Below are positions 63,473 through 64,000 of a stretch of 64,000 bases of DNA, in pieces. Position numbers and translations under genes: made by a program. Position 1 is the first letter of the stretch; every line of letters begins with the position of its first letter. Location: the NCBI GenBank assembly GCA_977017645.1, contig OZ360245.1, forward strand, positions 6,944,001 through 7,008,000, written 5' to 3'. Below the pieces are notes generated by a model, which worked only from the letters and a program-made list of their open reading frames with translations, had not been told where the DNA came from and made no database searches. The stretch comes from Torpedo marmorata. Its lineage: Eukaryota.

Positions 63473-63633
63473 CCATGAAAAAGAGGGATTGCTGACCAAC
63501 CAAACTGTAACAGATCATGTAGTTGTGGCTCTCTTCCTGAGCGTGATTTGACGTGGTCAGGGGTATAAATAACATTAATGCCGAATATTTGGACTAGCAG
63601 CACACTGTGGATATTCCAGCTCGGATGTAACAC
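63473..63633 (-). CDS. Host gene internal exon (VLHPSWNIHSVLLVQIFG...FGWSAIPLFHG)
   Basis: Acceptor AACCTCTCATCAG; donor TGG|GTGAGT; 161 nt open, phase 0-2, matching the next exon. Confidence 0.75.
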
Positions 63634-64000
63634 CTGATGAGAGGTTTAAAGGATTGCAAACAGACATAATGAGCAAGAATACATTTTGATGAGCTCTAAT
63701 TCCATCAAGGAGTCCTAGCAGGTGAGGAGGTGAATTGAACCAAAAGTGAGAAATTAGGGGTTTATTAATGCTCCAGATTATCCGGTTGTCCATTTTAGTG
63801 ACCAGAAAATCAAAAGCACCACAAATGATGGCCATTGACGGATCTAATCTGTTCCTTTTGAAGAAGATTCTGTGCAAATTGGAGTCTTGAAATGCTTATT
63901 GTTGAATCAAACAACTTGCATGCAAAATTAAGGAACACAATGAATGGGTCATTTGCATTTACTTTACTTCTTTTTATCATATGAGGAACAAACATTTAAT

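Overview
Repeat-saturated vertebrate genomic DNA, most likely from a cartilaginous fish. This is an inference from the mix of V-SINE/DeuSINE-like SINEs, CR1, Rex-Babar, AT-rich L1 and hammerhead-bearing Penelope elements. One N gap lies at about 27997-28135. The window holds four full-length LTR retrotransposons with target-site duplications (TSDs): three Mag-like Gypsy elements and one very young, almost intact Gmr1-type element with integrase before RT. It also contains many nested LINE, SINE, Penelope and MITE insertions. Between the repeats, five small minus-strand exons splice in frame into the C-terminal ~200 aa of a host protein I cannot name. Most interesting signals: (i) a Mag-like element with no tRNA primer site, whose PBS position is a perfect 14-nt complement of its own LTR (candidate self-priming), and which carries a YY1/ETS motif array inside gag-pol; (ii) non-autonomous retroposons with different heads (an ~850-bp GC-rich YY1-headed element and a 5S-derived SINE) sharing one Rex-Babar-like stem-loop tail; (iii) about ten Penelope hammerhead ribozyme motifs, of which those sense to the host pre-mRNA are damaged. 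All coordinates and mismatch counts were read by eye and no database searches were run.
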